Positions 15,290-28,458 are shown, counted from the first letter of the whole stretch. The stretch is 57,533 nt of DNA, filler included, from Jimgerdemannia flammicorona (GCA_003990765.1; 3 parts of 3 records of this genome joined end to end with filler, not necessarily neighbours in it), one strand, 5' to 3'. Notes: generated by a model not told the origin, from the sequence alone. Numbers and translations: made by a program.

Positions 15290-16950
15290 ATGTTGTCTCC
15301 CCTTTATCTTTTCCAGTTGCTTATTCTGAACTTTTGGATTTATTCTTCTTTTGAAATACTTTTGTCTTTTCTTTTTTCTCTAACTGACTACTCTCTTTCC
15401 CCCCTTCAAGTTTTTGCCTTATCTTTGGGTTCTTACTTTGTTTTTCCTATAACTCCCTCACAATTCTCCTTTACTAATCTAGCTTGTCTTACACATTTTC
15501 ATCATACTCTTGACCTTGTCATCTTCTTTGAGGATCATGATGAGATGCTCTCTTGCTATTATATTCTTAGTGATTGGGTCCCCCCTCTCAATGTCTCTTT
15601 ACACTACATATTCCTTGACATGGCTTGCTTGCTGTCTGTTCCTGGACATGCTTGCTCTTGCTTGGTTTTGGACTATGTCATGTGTACTGTACTTAAATTA
15701 GTCAAGCAATTGCCTTTACATTTACTTATAGTTACTGATAAGAATCAAGGTTTTGTACTGATTCCTAAGTTACTCTACCTTGATGGCCTTTCTGCCCTCC
15801 TTCAAGCCATAGCTTATGAACCTAGTACTCTTGGATTGGATGAGGTTCTTACTCTCCTTTAGGTTTCTCTGGCTCATGCCAGGTCACTTTCAGATTCTCC
15901 TTTTGTAAACCCCATTTTTAACTTCTTTCAGGACTCTTTGTCCTTACTGGACATTTGTCTTCCAGTCTTTTATACTCTTCCTAAAGTCCACAAGTCTACT
16001 TTGGCCTAACATCCCATTATGACTGCTCATAGCTCTTCTACCACTGAGATTTCAAAGTAATTATCCTGCTTCTTCCTCTCTTGGATGGCTCTTCTTCAAT
16101 ACCATCTTGGACCTGAGTATACTATTCTTCATAATACTCAGGAGCTCGCCCTTCTCTGTTCCACCATTGTGCCCATTCACCTTTTTTTTCATTTGGTCTC
16201 TAGTGACTTCTCTTCCTTCTATACTGCTATTAATTTTGATAAGATCAATAATTATCTTCACTTCTTAGGTTCTATTGTCTTTCCTTTGAACTTTTCAGTT
16301 TTATTGGCTTCCATTATTGAGCTTATACTCCTTGTCTACAGCTCCAATTATTTCAAGTCAGCCCTTGACTCCTTTTACCAGACTTCTGATATTGCTATGA
16401 GAATGAATTATACTTCCATCTTTGCTAACCTAGTTGGCCTGGCTCATGAACTTCATGTGATATGTGATTCTTCTTCATCTCTTTCAATTATATTCTGAGC
16501 TGGGGATATCTTCTTTTGCTGATACATTTATTATCCTCACTGTTGCTGGTGTTGATATTCCTAGTATATTCTGTAACATCTACCCTCCCCACCATTCTAT
16601 TACCTGGGTATATGGTACAACTAGTATTCTCTTTTTGGATCTTTCCATTTCTCTTTCTCTCTTCTGAACTATTGTCTATTCTCATTTCCCCTATTTACAA
16701 CAGTTCTCTGACTTCTTTTTCAATCATCCTCATTGCACTCTTCTTGAATACATTTATGGTGAGGTTTGTTATCTTGCATTATGCTGCTCCTGTCATTCTG
16801 ATTGGGTGTCTGCTGTTTGAGTTCTTAGCAACTTTATAGTCCATTGTCATGCCTACCCAATTTCTATCATTCATAATCTGCTTGCTTCTATTGAATAGTC
16901 TGTTGTTCACTCTTCTCTTCTCTCTCCTCTTTATCTTTCTTCTCTTTCCT
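15290..16950 (+). pseudogene. PLE reverse transcriptase relic
   Basis: N-terminal PLE motif SLTDYSLSPLQVFALSLGSYF and SDWVPP; LIVTDKNQGFV (ADKG); FYTLPKVHK..*HPIM (PKIHK..RPI); LVSSDFSSFYTAI (DxxSLYTNI); FYQTSDIAMRMNYTSIFANL (QxxGxAMG..ANL); *YIYY from RYIDD at ~16520; ILFLDLSI; HAYP (RGYP thumb); many stops. Confidence 0.85.
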
Positions 16951-17932
16951 CCCTCCCCCCTTACCCTCTCCATACCCCCTCTTCATTCCTACTCCAATTT
17001 TTATTATACTATTTGATCATGCTTGCTGGATCACTCAATGCTCTAACACCATCCTACACTCTTCTCTTTTATACTATAGACTTTTGTCTCTTTCTTGACA
17101 CTCTCTGATTGCTCATTTATATCTTCCTTCTGTTTTCTCTTTAATTCATTGCTCTTGTTTTGCATTTTCATCACCTTCTGGTATCTCTGGCTCTGCTGGA
17201 GAGGATTAAAAAACATCCTTGCCCCCTCCAGAGTCTTGTGCTTACTCTGGGGTCTCAGTCTTACTCTGCTCTCCTCTGCTATCTTCAGCCCCTTGCTTCA
17301 CTCAGGCTTGCTGTAGCTCACTTTATTTCGGTCTCACCCCTCACTCATACTTATTTCTCTGGGGTCTACAGATGTTTTTTAATCTTGATTTGTATTTGTT
17401 TTGTTTGTGTTTGTTTGTGATTTTTATCCTACAACTGGGATTAGCTCCTTCTTTATCTCTGCTTATCTCTGGTGGTCATGTAGTTCCTAATTTGGTTTGC
17501 CCAGAGTTGTGATACATTCTCTCTTTTGGGACATTATATTTTGTATATAAGGACCATTTTTTTACATGGCAATAAATGACTGATATATATTCAGTTACAT
17601 TCTTTGTTTGTCCTCTTTATACATGCTCTTCTATATATCTTCTATTTGTTTTGACACTGGCTCTGAGTTCACTCCCCTGACTCCTGCTAGGCCCTCCTCC
17701 TCCACTATTATAATAATATCTTTTTATTAAAAGACAGCTATCTAGTTAGTATGATATAAAGTATAGATTATCTAGTAAGTTATAATTAATAAAGTAGATA
17801 ATACTATTAAAATTATTAAAACTCTTCAATAGAGTAATAAAATGATAAGCATTAGTATAATAAAATAAAATAAATATTATAAAAGATTGATCTCAAAGTT
17901 TATATTAAGTAAAAGAAATCACTTTTACTATA

Positions 17933-17970
<38 letters not shown>

Positions 17971-18981
17971 AACTCTATCAGTATAATAATAAGTAACTTT
18001 AATACCATTTAGTTTTCAAAGACCAGTAAGAGCTATATTCACAGTAATAACTCATACTGAAAAATAATAATACTATAGTTCTGGTAGTATAGAAGACTTG
18101 GTTATAAACTATCTATTATAGAGATAAAATCAAGCAGGTCCTAAAGAACTAATTCAATAATATCTATCAAAGAATAAATGAAGATCCAAATATCTTCTAT
18201 ATCTAAATCTGCTATCAGATAACTTTGATTAATTATACTAATACTATTAAGAATTAAGTAGTTGAAATAATCTTTATAAAAAGAATTCACCTAGAGATAG
18301 CTATGATAATTTAATCAATACTAATAGTTTTAGACTTAGTATAAAAGATAACTTATATTTAGCAATATTAAATAGTCAGATATCCTTAAGACTATATAAT
18401 AGAAAGAGTCACAAGAATCAGAATTAAAGTACTTAAGATGACTAGTATAATCTCTATAACTATAATCAATCAAAACACATCTCAATTAAAGACTATGAAG
18501 TAGTAGAAGAATGGTAACTTATGAAAGAACTTGTCAAGTTTATCAAAATGACTACTTATCTGAGAGATACATATAATAAAGAAAATCAGAGAAAGAGATC
18601 ATCACCCAGTTTAGAAGTTTGTTACTACTATAGATAAGAAAAGAGAAATCTACTATACTTATAGAGAAGAAGATTACTATTTCTATAAATATATAAGTAA
18701 GATCAAGCATAAGGCCTAGCTAAGCAATACTATCAAAAACTGCAAACAGACCCACACTATTACTTTTAAAGAGATTAGAGATTTAGAGAAAGAGGAAGAA
18801 TAGAAAGTCTATTCAGTTCTTATCTTTAAGAAGGATATTTGCTAGAAATCCTACAAGAGACCACCAGAAAGACTTAAAAAGAAAGTAGTAGAACAACCTA
18901 TAGAGGAAAAAACAGAAGTACTTACAGAAATTAAAAACACAGCTAAGGAAATAGATCAAGATATAATACTCAAATAAGTAG

Positions 18982-19112
18982 TGTAACGTAGCGGACGCTT
19001 ACTCTTGAAAGTACGTCGGATTTCTGTATCTTGAAAACTTGACTGTTCTGACTCTCGCAGAGTCTTCTTGAAGTTGCAGGGGAGGGTGGGTGAGTTCGAA
19101 GTGTATCTGCCC
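18982..19112 (-). repeat. Gypsy LTR end (younger, CpG-retaining relative of the 27941/35907 LTRs), cut by an assembly gap
   Basis: tgtaacgtagcggacgcttactcttgaaagtacgtcggatttctgtatcttgaa aligns to tgtaacatagtagatacttactcttgaaagtatgtcagatttctgtatcttgaa. Confidence 0.85.
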
Positions 19113-19212
19113 NNNNNNNNNNNNNNNNNNNNNNNNNNNNNNNNNNNNNNNNNNNNTTAATTAATTAANNNNNNNNNNNNNNNNNNNNNNNNNNNNNNNN
19201 NNNNNNNNNNNN
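19113..19212. other. Artificial scaffold linker (44 N + TTAATTAATTAA + 44 N)
   Basis: Six-frame stop spacer; identical to 38324-38423. Confidence 0.95.
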
Positions 19213-22200
19213 GTTGTTCAGCTGGGCAACCATGATGGCCAGGTCCTTCATTTGCTTAGTGAGCATTGTCATGGGGTCTTCTTGAACTCTTGATGGTGGC
19301 TGCTGCTGTGGTTGCCTGAATGGAGTCGGATTTGTGGGTACTGGTCTGTTCTCATAGTTGGCTATCTGGGCTCTGAGGAAGGCATTCTCTTGCTCCATGG
19401 TTGTTCCTCGGGTCCTTGGGGTTTCGGCTCGGATTGGCTCAGGATAGCCTTGTATTTGTTGTACTGATCTATAATCTGCTTCCCAACATCCTTGTGCTAC
19501 AGCAACTTGCTGTTCAATGTTTTGATATCCCATCCTGATAACTTGCCTTCAGAGTTCTGGGTATAAGCTATTGAGGAAGGTAGTTGAGGCTAGGGCCAGT
19601 TGGACTGCTGGTTGAAGGTTCGCCTTAATCATTTGAGCTTGAATCTGATGGTAGAAACTCTTGGGAGTTTCATTGACAGCTTGGCTCATATAGGTCAAAG
19701 CCTCCTGTGCTTCTTGTTGGCGCTCAAATCCATTGAACTGGGCATGGAGCCAGGCTTTGTGAATCATGTACCTTGCTACATAATTCCTATTAGGTTGAAG
19801 GCTGTCATTCAGTTCCTCTGCATGGATTTCTCCTCCGGCTTGCTTGGCTTGATTATACTTCTGTAGGGCTGGTCCTCTCAGGAGTGACTCCACAATTCTG
19901 AGTTTTCTTGCAGTATCCCATTGTTTGGCGGCTGCTTGAACTTCAATTTCTCCAAAGAATTCCTTGATGTCTTCATTGTCTGCACCATGGAACTTCTGAA
20001 GGTAGCTCATGTCTGGCTTGTCTTCACTATCTGAGTATTGTTCAGGGGTAGGGGATCTGGCGGATCCTCGGGGTGATGGGGAAGGTGGTGGTGCTAGTAC
20101 TTGATGATCTAGTGGTGCTGGCAGAGGGCAGTGTCTTGGTGAGGGTGAGGGTAATCTGGCTCTTCTAATTAATGCTGGAGTTGAAGTCCTGGGTAGTGGT
20201 GGAGATCTTCCGATTGACTGGTGATAGTGGTGAGGTATGAGTGACCAGGATACTGAAGTTCGAGCAACTGATGGTGGGAGTGGACTGATATAACTGATAG
20301 TGAGTTCATCTGCCCCTTGCTGTTGTGAAGTAGTGAAGTCTTGTTCACCTTATTGTGGGTCAGTGTTGCTGTCTGAATAATAGTATAGGTTGAATTCGTC
20401 CCTTTGATGGTCTGATCCCCAATTGTCATCTTGCTCTGGTTGATATGGATGGTAGTCCTCTTCTCCTTCTGATGTTTCAAAGTATATCCGGTCTAGTGGA
20501 GTGACTCGAGTGACAACAGTAGTTATGTAGTCACTTCTGTCTGAGTTCTTCCTATGGATAAGGGTCTAATACTCCTCAGGGATATCCTCTTCTTCTTCTT
20601 GGCCTAAGTCTTAGATCTGAAGGGGCAGTTCTGGTTGCTCTCTGAGTTGTCTCCTTTCTCTTGAAGTCAAACCGTAATCTGGGTCACTTCTTTCTTCTGA
20701 TTCGGTTTTCTGGCTACTGGTGTTAAGTAGGGTCCTGGCTACTGTTCTGACAAGGGTGTGGGCTTTCTTTCCTGCTGAGGAGGGCTGTTGCTGCCCCTGG
20801 TTTGGTTGCTGACTTGGTCCTGCTAAGTTCTCCACTGTAGATAGCTGGGTTCTTGAGCCAAATGGTCAAGTCTTTTGAAAACTTTCCCAGTTGAGCCCCC
20901 AAAATGTGGTGTTCGGTTTGTATCCCTAGTTGCTTCTCTTGCATGGCTCAATGTGCCACTTGGTGAAGCACGCGATGTATAACTAAAGGCATTGGTGACG
21001 TTTGCGGGTCAATGGTCATGTGACAGGTCATTCGATTCATGCGGTAATTGATAATAGTGAGACTTCGATTATTCGATGGCTCAGGACGTCGATGGCTCAA
21101 TTGTTTGATGATGAGGTCGTTTGGTTGTTCAACAATGGTGGCTCAATTGTTTAGTGGATAAGGGTGGCAGTTATGCTAGCTAAGTTTCCTGGCGGCGATT
21201 AACTTGGTGGCAAAACTTGAATTTATGTGGTGACGATGGGCTTGCTCTTTATGCGGTCAATTAAAGCAGTCTGTGGCACAGTAGGTTGGGAAAATGGAGG
21301 TTGATGGCTTGCTCGTCCATCTTAACTTATTAACTTGAAAGGTTCCTGGTGGTCTAGTATCCTTTGGCTGAGTATTCTTGGGTTTCTGGGTCTTGAATCT
21401 CAAATGGCGGTCGAGTGCGCGGTTCGAATGGCGGTCTGAATGCGCGGTGGTCATGGTCTTGAATCCTTTTTACTTGGCGGCAAAACTTGAAATTCGTGTG
21501 GCAAGAGAAATTCCTTAACTCAAACTTCCGAGCGATCCGTTGCTCTAGGTTGTTATCTTGTTCTCAGAATTTTCCAGTCTCTTGGAGGCAGTGGTTTCTT
21601 TTCTCAAAACCAGTTGACTGACTTGCAGGTGGTCTGTGGTCTTGAATCCTTGGCTGGGTCTCGGGTCTCGAATGGCAGTCGAATGGTGGCGCTCGGGTAA
21701 TGTTTTCTTTCCATGGCAAGAGAAAATTCTCTAACTCAAACTTCCAAGTGATTGTTGCTCTAGTTATCTTGTTCTCAGAATTTATCCGGTCTCTTGGAGG
21801 CAGTGGTTATTTCTCAAAACCAGTTGGCTGAGGTTTATTCACTCTAAGAATATGGGTTATTTTTACAAGTTTGCTAGCTATGGGTGCGGCTAAGGTATAC
21901 TATGTTGTGGCAAACATCTGCTATGTAATTGGTTTGCACGATGCGAGGTGCAGGCTATTGTTTACTATGGATTGGGTTGTAGGGGATAGCAATGCTGGAT
22001 TCGGATGAGCAGACAGGAATGCTAATTGTTGCCAGAAACGGTTGTGGAGGGTGGTAACGCTGAAGACGGATGTTGCTGACTTACTGACAAAATGCTGAAA
22101 ATGGTGGTACTGGGTAGCAACGCTGGAAACGGACTTGCTGACATGATACAATGATTGTTGCCAGAAGCAGTTGTGGAGGGTGGCAACGCTGAATTCGGAC

Positions 22201-23455
22201 CTGCTGACAAAAATGCTGAAAACGGTGGTACTGGGTAGCAATGCTGGAAATGGACTTGCTGACAAAAGCTGGGTTCTCACAGCTGATGGGCAGTCCTCTA
22301 GAGGGAATAGTACCCTTTGTCCGCGGCAGGCAAATCTTGCTGGGTTGCAATTTCTTCTTCATTATATCTCTCCTCAAAGGGGGGAAGTGCCAGCCAAGAG
22401 GTGAGGGGGTAGAAAAGTGGCCAGTCATCTTCAACAATATTTTCTAATCCCTGAACTGCTTGAATGTGGACAGAGGACTGGTAGACTCTCTGTTGCTCCT
22501 TTTCTTCTTCTGAAGACTTGTCAGTTTCAGTGTCAGAGGGGGTTTCTTCAGGGGCAGGGTCTTGGGGTTCTTGGGCTTTCTCTTCAAAGACAGGGACCTC
22601 TTGGGCTACTTCTTGATTCAGTTCCCAAATGATGAGATGTGAATTGTGGCTGACAGGGTGGTGGGTGGTTGGGGTAGCTCAAACAGGTGCTTCTATGGTA
22701 ATGGGTGGTCCTTCAAATATCTCTATAAGACTCATTAGGTGACCTTGATGGTTGTCTCGGAGTGGGGTAGTGTGGAAACCTGGTTGAGTAGGTTCGGTTT
22801 GTTGGCTTCCTACGGCAATGCGGTTGCTGCCAGTAGAGTTGGCTACTTCAGATTCTATCCAGTCAGCATCTTCAGTTGAAAGGCGGGAGAGGCTGCCAGC
22901 CATTACTCCTTGCAAGTGTGCTATAGCCCAGGGAATATGGCAGAAGATTTGGTGGACATGGAGGGCTCTTTTGATTAGTCGGCTGGTGGTTAACATTTCA
23001 GCAATGAGGTCTTCCTGGTCGCCTTCTTGAGTCTCATTGCAAAGGCAGTGTCCGATTTCATAGTCATGCCAAAGGGTCATTCGTTTGGTAGTATCTTTGA
23101 GCTATTGGGTCATTATATACCAGTAGTTGATGAAGTGTCCAAGGTCCTTGGTGTAGAAGTTCAAGTGTTTGGAAGTATCTGGGCACCAGATGGCCTTCTT
23201 GATAGCTTCAAAGATCAGGGTCTTTGGGCCAGGCAAAGGGGTAGAGTGGCAGGAGGTCTGGTTGGTTTGGCGAATGGGAGGCATTGTGTGGTGGGTACTT
23301 GGTTCTTTGGTGCTGATCCCTGAGGTGGAGTATGGTTCCTTAAATAACGTGGTCTTCATTTTGGCTCAGATCATCTTGTCTTCTTTTGGGATAATCACCT
23401 AATAGGTCAGGCTGTCTATTTGATTGTCATGCCATTATGTCTTCTGATCTTAGCA
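19213..23455 (-). mobile_element. Ty3/Gypsy element A fragments: 3' accessory ORF, PPT, partial LTR, leader and gag
   Basis: gag 19213-20010 (YLQKFHGADNEDIKEFFGEIEVQA...MSQAVNETPKSFY); LTR-like ~21828-22366 shares ctgaggtttattcactctaag with the 27941 LTR; polypurine tract complement tctctcctcaaa at 22367; ORF3 homologue 22679-23450. Confidence 0.75.
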
Positions 23456-26400
23456 GTCACCGGTACTCCATTGTCAATTGTGTACGTCACAATACCTTCC
23501 AACAGTAAATGGTCTCAACTCCACATCCATGGGCCCCAGTTCTCCTCCCCCTCATACCCCTCTACTAAAGTTCAATTCTCCTTGCACTATCCACCACTCC
23601 TCACCAAAAGCCTTTGTAATGAATCCTCCTGCTTTCATCTATGACCATCATCATAAGCAGATTACCAGTCACTCCATGAGAGGAGTACCAGACTTCCCAC
23701 ACTCTCTGTATGAGTGGTACCCACTCTTGGCCCCTTAACCTGTTCGTTCTCTTCAGCTACCATGCTCTTAGGCAATATAGGTGACTGGTGAAGTCTACTA
23801 TGTCTAGTCCGCCTCTGTCAACATGCAGAGTCAGAACCTTCCAGCCTATCTGACTATGCTGTCTGGCCTAAATCTACAATTTTGCCATCTTCAGAAGTTG
23901 CCTGACTACCTATACCAGGAAGTCCAGATGATATCTCACATACTACAGCTTTGGCAGCCAATACACATTCAGCACCATCACCCTTTCTGTCAAGGATATA
24001 TGCTGACTACCCCACCTCAAGAGAATATTCCCCAATACTAGCATCTGCTATTCCCATCACACATAGGGCAGAAGGGACCCATATATCAAAAAATAGATCC
24101 TTAAGTACTGGACTGATTCTTCTGCTAGAACTACTGTTTCAATTATGTCACTGCTAACTATTCTGCCACCTAGTACCTGAGTCTCTCTCATATCATTCCA
24201 CAGTCCTTCTTAATTCCCCAACATCCTCTAATAAGCTCAGTCCAACCACTATGTCATCCACAAAAGCCCCCACCTTCCAGTTAATTCTCAAAATATCCAA
24301 ACTCCCAATTTGATACCAGATCCTACCTAATAGGGGCTCCAAGGAAAGGACATATAGGATGGGTGACAATGGATCTCCTTGTGGCACCCTATGACCTAGC
24401 AGAAAGGTCACACCCCTGTGTCCATTTACTATCAATGCTGCTTGACTGTTTCTCAGTAGCCAGATTATTGACCTCCTAAACTCCAGGGGAACTCCCATAT
24501 ATTTCAGCTCTCCCTCTAGCCAGACCCTTCTCACTCTGTCATACATCTTCTTCTGATCCAGAAACACTAACCAGCCATCAACCCCAGCTGCCTGGGCCCC
24601 TTCAATCACCCCATGGACTCAGGCAGTTCTATCTTGAATTAACTGACCACCAACAAATCCCCTCTGCTCTACTTCTAGTATCTGTTGAGTGATCTCCTAT
24701 AGCTTAGTTATCAAGATCATCATCACTAGCTTGTGGTCTATATCCAGGAGCATGATCAGCTTCCAGTTCTTCCAATCTTCTCTTCTTCTCTTATCTTTAT
24801 AGAGCAAGGAGAACAGCTCTAGGTGATGGCCCCCAATCCAAGTTCTGGATTGAAGGACCTCATCTCTCATTACCATCATCTCCTCCAATACCACCTCCAC
24901 CCCAGCCATCTGTTTCCAAAAATTCCAGGGAAGCCCATCCTCTTCTGGAGCTATCTCCTTACTTGTCAAAGCTAAGACCTCACATACTTTCTCCCCCTGC
25001 ACTGGGTCTCCTAATGTCCCTAGGCCCAGAGCTGGGTCCAGATGCCAATCCTCCAACTACCATCAATGTTCAAGGCATCCTCACCCCCTTCATCATCACT
25101 CTATAAATTTCACCAGTAAGTCCTCAGCAATCCTAAAATCTTAGGAGTCCCTGTCACCATCTCCCCATCCTCTTCCAAAATGCCATCTACTGCTGTCTGA
25201 TTTCCCAAGCTTGAAGCAACTGTGAAAGAAATCTGGTAGGTCTCTCTCCCTTCTCCAACCCCTGTCACTGCAGCCTTACCACCATCCCCTTCAGCTGAAC
25301 CTCCTACTCCATTCATAACACTTTCTTTAGCTCATTGACTTCTTTTTGTATCTACAGAATTCACCAATTAGTTGTCTCCCAATCCTCCAGCAACCACACC
25401 CATCTCCCAAGAAGTACTGCCAATCTGTGAAGCCCATAGCACTTACTGCCACTGCTGAACACTCCTTTCTTTCTCTGCCTTCCTCCAGTACCTCTGAGCA
25501 CTCGATTTCAGCCACTTCCAGCGATCCCCAATCACCTATCCCTGTTTCCACCACCTACCAATCTTCACAGTAACTTCCACCTCCCAGTCTGTCCATAAGG
25601 AACCATTCTCCAATAAAGAAGAATTCAGTCACCAATGTCCAGACCCATCCCCACTTCCCTGAAATCTCCCACTTCTCATCCCACTTCTCCTTCAATATGT
25701 CCAGTAGTTTCTCCTCCCCATCTACCCCACTTGGGATGCCATACTGAGAGTAGACTTTCTCATCCATTTTGACATCCTCCACCATACTGCTCAGTTCCTC
25801 CTCACTTGATCCACCCTGGGCCACATCCTGGGCCATCTCACACTCCTCTGCCCAAGCATGCTCCATTAGTCCAGCACCCCCTTCTCCTGCACTGCTGCCT
25901 GTCACACCTCTTCTCAACTTCTCCAACAGCTCCTTCAGAATTTGCCTCCCCTACACCTTCTCCCAGGCCACCTGGTCCATCCTGATCTTCTTTCCATCCA
26001 CAATCTCCACCACTGTCTTGGCTTCATACTCTTTTCAAGCCAATTTCCTCCTCTCCACTGCTCCTACCATCCTCAAGAGCCTCCAGCAAGTCTTTCTCTT
26101 CCTCTGGTGTCCCCTTCACCTGTGAAACCTTACATTCAACTGAACCCCACTTAAGGGTTGCTGGCCAATTCCTTGCCTTCCCAGTATTCTCCCTCTCAGC
26201 CAGCCTCACTCTGATGTTGACATCTCTTATCCAGAGTTCAGTACTCTCCCAGACTCTGAACCCAATGTTTATGATTGCCTCATATTCCTTGACCACCTTT
26301 ATAATCAACTCTCTGACCTTCTCCCTCGATATTGTAGGAAGATCTAACACCATCAACTTCACCACTCAGGGGTCCCAGCATATGCACCTGGCCATAGGGA

Positions 26401-27120
26401 CCACTACTCAACCCACTACTACCCCCTTCTCCACAGCCTCCAATAATAATGCCTCTTTCTCAAATCCAATCTTGATCCCTTCTTCCCCTTCAAGAACTTC
26501 ACTGAAGCCACCTTCTTTACCACCTGTATCACTAGCTCTAAAATCATTCTTACAGTTACTGCTAAGCCTTGGAAGCACAATGTAATAGCAAATTCTGACC
26601 TCAACTTTTTGAGTAATAGTGCTGACACCATGCCAGTCATGTCATCTGCCAGGTCTCTGGGCCTTGTACCCTCTTCCTGTTCTGATCTACCAATACTCTT
26701 ATATCTGGATTTTTTTTTCAGATCTCCAGTCACAGCTCTATCAGTAGTTACATCTCCAACCCCTATTCCCCCCACCCCCCTACTGTCCAACCCTCCCATG
26801 GGGGCCTCTCTATATCCCCCAATTGAAGCTATTGATGTCTTTCCTAGTCCCAACCAACTATCCAGACTAGATGCCATTCTCTCTATCTTGACCTTATTAG
26901 CCAAGATTGTTCTCTCTCCTCCTTATTGCCTCAATCTGCCCCTCCCTCTACCACCAATGTCATGACCAATCATAGAAGGCTCTGGAATCCCTAAATCATC
27001 TCTCTGCCTCCTTCCTACATACTGCTAGTTGAAGGCACTACTGCCCCCCTGGTCAATATACTTACTGGTACATTTGTTGCTATCTATATTGATAGTCTCC
27101 TTTCACCAAAAATGTTGTTA
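23455..27120 (-). mobile_element. Non-LTR retrotransposon (L1-like LINE) relic: ORF1 plus ORF2 RT
   Basis: RT motifs APEEDGLPWNFW, WKLIMLLDIDHKL, FLDQKKMYDRV, VPQGDPLSPILY and AFVDDIVV (24193-25056); ORF1-like VKLMVLDLPTIS...WPATLKWG (26024-26365); many stops and deletions; boundaries approximate. Confidence 0.85.
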
Positions 27121-27149
27121 AAAGTATTGTCTATATCTTATGTCACCTG

Positions 27150-27940
27150 AATATTACCAGTGAAAAGTGATGGAAATGATATTATATATTGATATATTCT
27201 ATTCTACTATAATATACCAGATTTATAGTAAATGCTATTTTAATTAATTATCTTACTTGATTAGAATAGATTTCTTCTAAATAAAGCTGAGCTCTTTTAA
27301 CAGTTTGCAGGGCCATATGGTTTCTTTTATTACTATTGACAATATCTGGTATTAATGATATTATTACAAAACTCTACTTACATATTTACTAGAAAATATT
27401 AGACTCTTGGTCACTAATGTGAAAGAGATACTCAGTCATAGATTAATACTCATTGAGTTTATCTCCTCAATTGGTATTATATATATCAGATAGTTGAAGA
27501 GCATTGTTGTTATTGTGTTATTATTACTCTAGCTCAATCTACTAAGAATGAGCATATAGTATACTATATTCTCAAGATATCTAAAAACTCTTTTAACAGT
27601 TTCCAAATATATATTATTATAGTAGATGTAATATTATACCATCCTATTTATAATATATGATATATCAGGCCTCATTCCCAGAATAAGATATATAAGATAA
27701 CTGATCACTTACTAATACAATATATCTTTGATACTATTTTTGGCTGGCATATTGTTATAATCCTTGGAAGTAGTGTCTGGCTTTCTTAATTTCACAGAAG
27801 TATTCATAAGAGTACTGACAAGCTTGTATTTCTTCATATTGAAATGTTTGAAGATTGTTTGAGCATATGTCAAGCTTAGGTTTGAGTTCATTGGCCTTAT
27901 TGTTGTCTGTACTTTTGATCTCATTTAGTACCTTATCTAT
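27150..27940 (-). mobile_element. Ty1/copia RT relic (host of the Gypsy insertion; weaker continuation ~36375-36850)
   Basis: YAQTIFKHFNMKKYKLVSTLMNTSVKL followed by LY**VISYLIYLILGMRPDISY, the copia RT motif YQxAxGxLMYLMxxTRPDIxYAV. Confidence 0.7.
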
Positions 27941-28405
27941 TGTAACATAGTAGATACTTACTCTTGAAAGTATGTCAGATTTCTGTATCTTGAATACTTG
28001 ATCTTCTCTGACTCCTTGGAGTCCTTGGAATATAGGGGTGGATGAGTTCAAAGTATATCTACCTGTGGGCTTACTAGTTCCTTTGCTATCTCTTTGCTTT
28101 TGAACTATTTCAATCTGAGGTTTATTCACTCTAAGATACTGGGTTATTTATACAAGTTTTGCTAACTATAAGTTAGCTAAGTAATGGCTCATTTCATAAG
28201 TACTGAATCTTTTAACATCTGCTAAGATTTCACTGATTGTGAAGATTCTAACATCTTCTAAATCTTTGCAAACATTAAAGTTTCTGCACTTTGCAAAATA
28301 TGGCTGCTATTTTTATGAGGCTAAGCTATATTGGGAATCAATTCAGATAGTGATCAAATGTCAAATTCCCCTGTTTTGTGTTACTAATCCAGATCAGCCA
28401 TCACA
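27941..28405 (-). repeat. 3' LTR of the Gypsy element
   Basis: Direct repeat of 35907-36374, with TGTAAC...TCACA termini. Confidence 0.95.
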
Positions 28406-28458
28406 TCTTCCTCCTGAATAGGTGATCTGTCTCAGGAGTATCCTATTTACTCAAATTC

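Larger units (their letters stand above)
13258..17706 (+). mobile_element. Penelope-like retroelement (PLE), decayed, with direct pseudo-LTRs and a 5' inverted pLTR
   Basis: Direct repeats ~13570-14070 and ~17204-17706; inverted copy 13258-13582; PLE-type RT motifs in between (next feature). Confidence 0.85.

Noticed and set aside
17275..17335. Possible hammerhead ribozyme in the pLTR (CTGAAGA and GAAA on the minus strand)
   Set aside because: Stem II does not form, and the other pLTR copy reads CCGAAGA; a consensus-level search is needed
17750..18980. hAT-like (EEW*LMKELVKF) and zinc-knuckle-like traces
   Set aside because: Too decayed to call with confidence
19157..19168. Palindromic TTAATTAATTAA (also at 38368-38379)
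   Set aside because: Artificial six-frame stop linker, not biological
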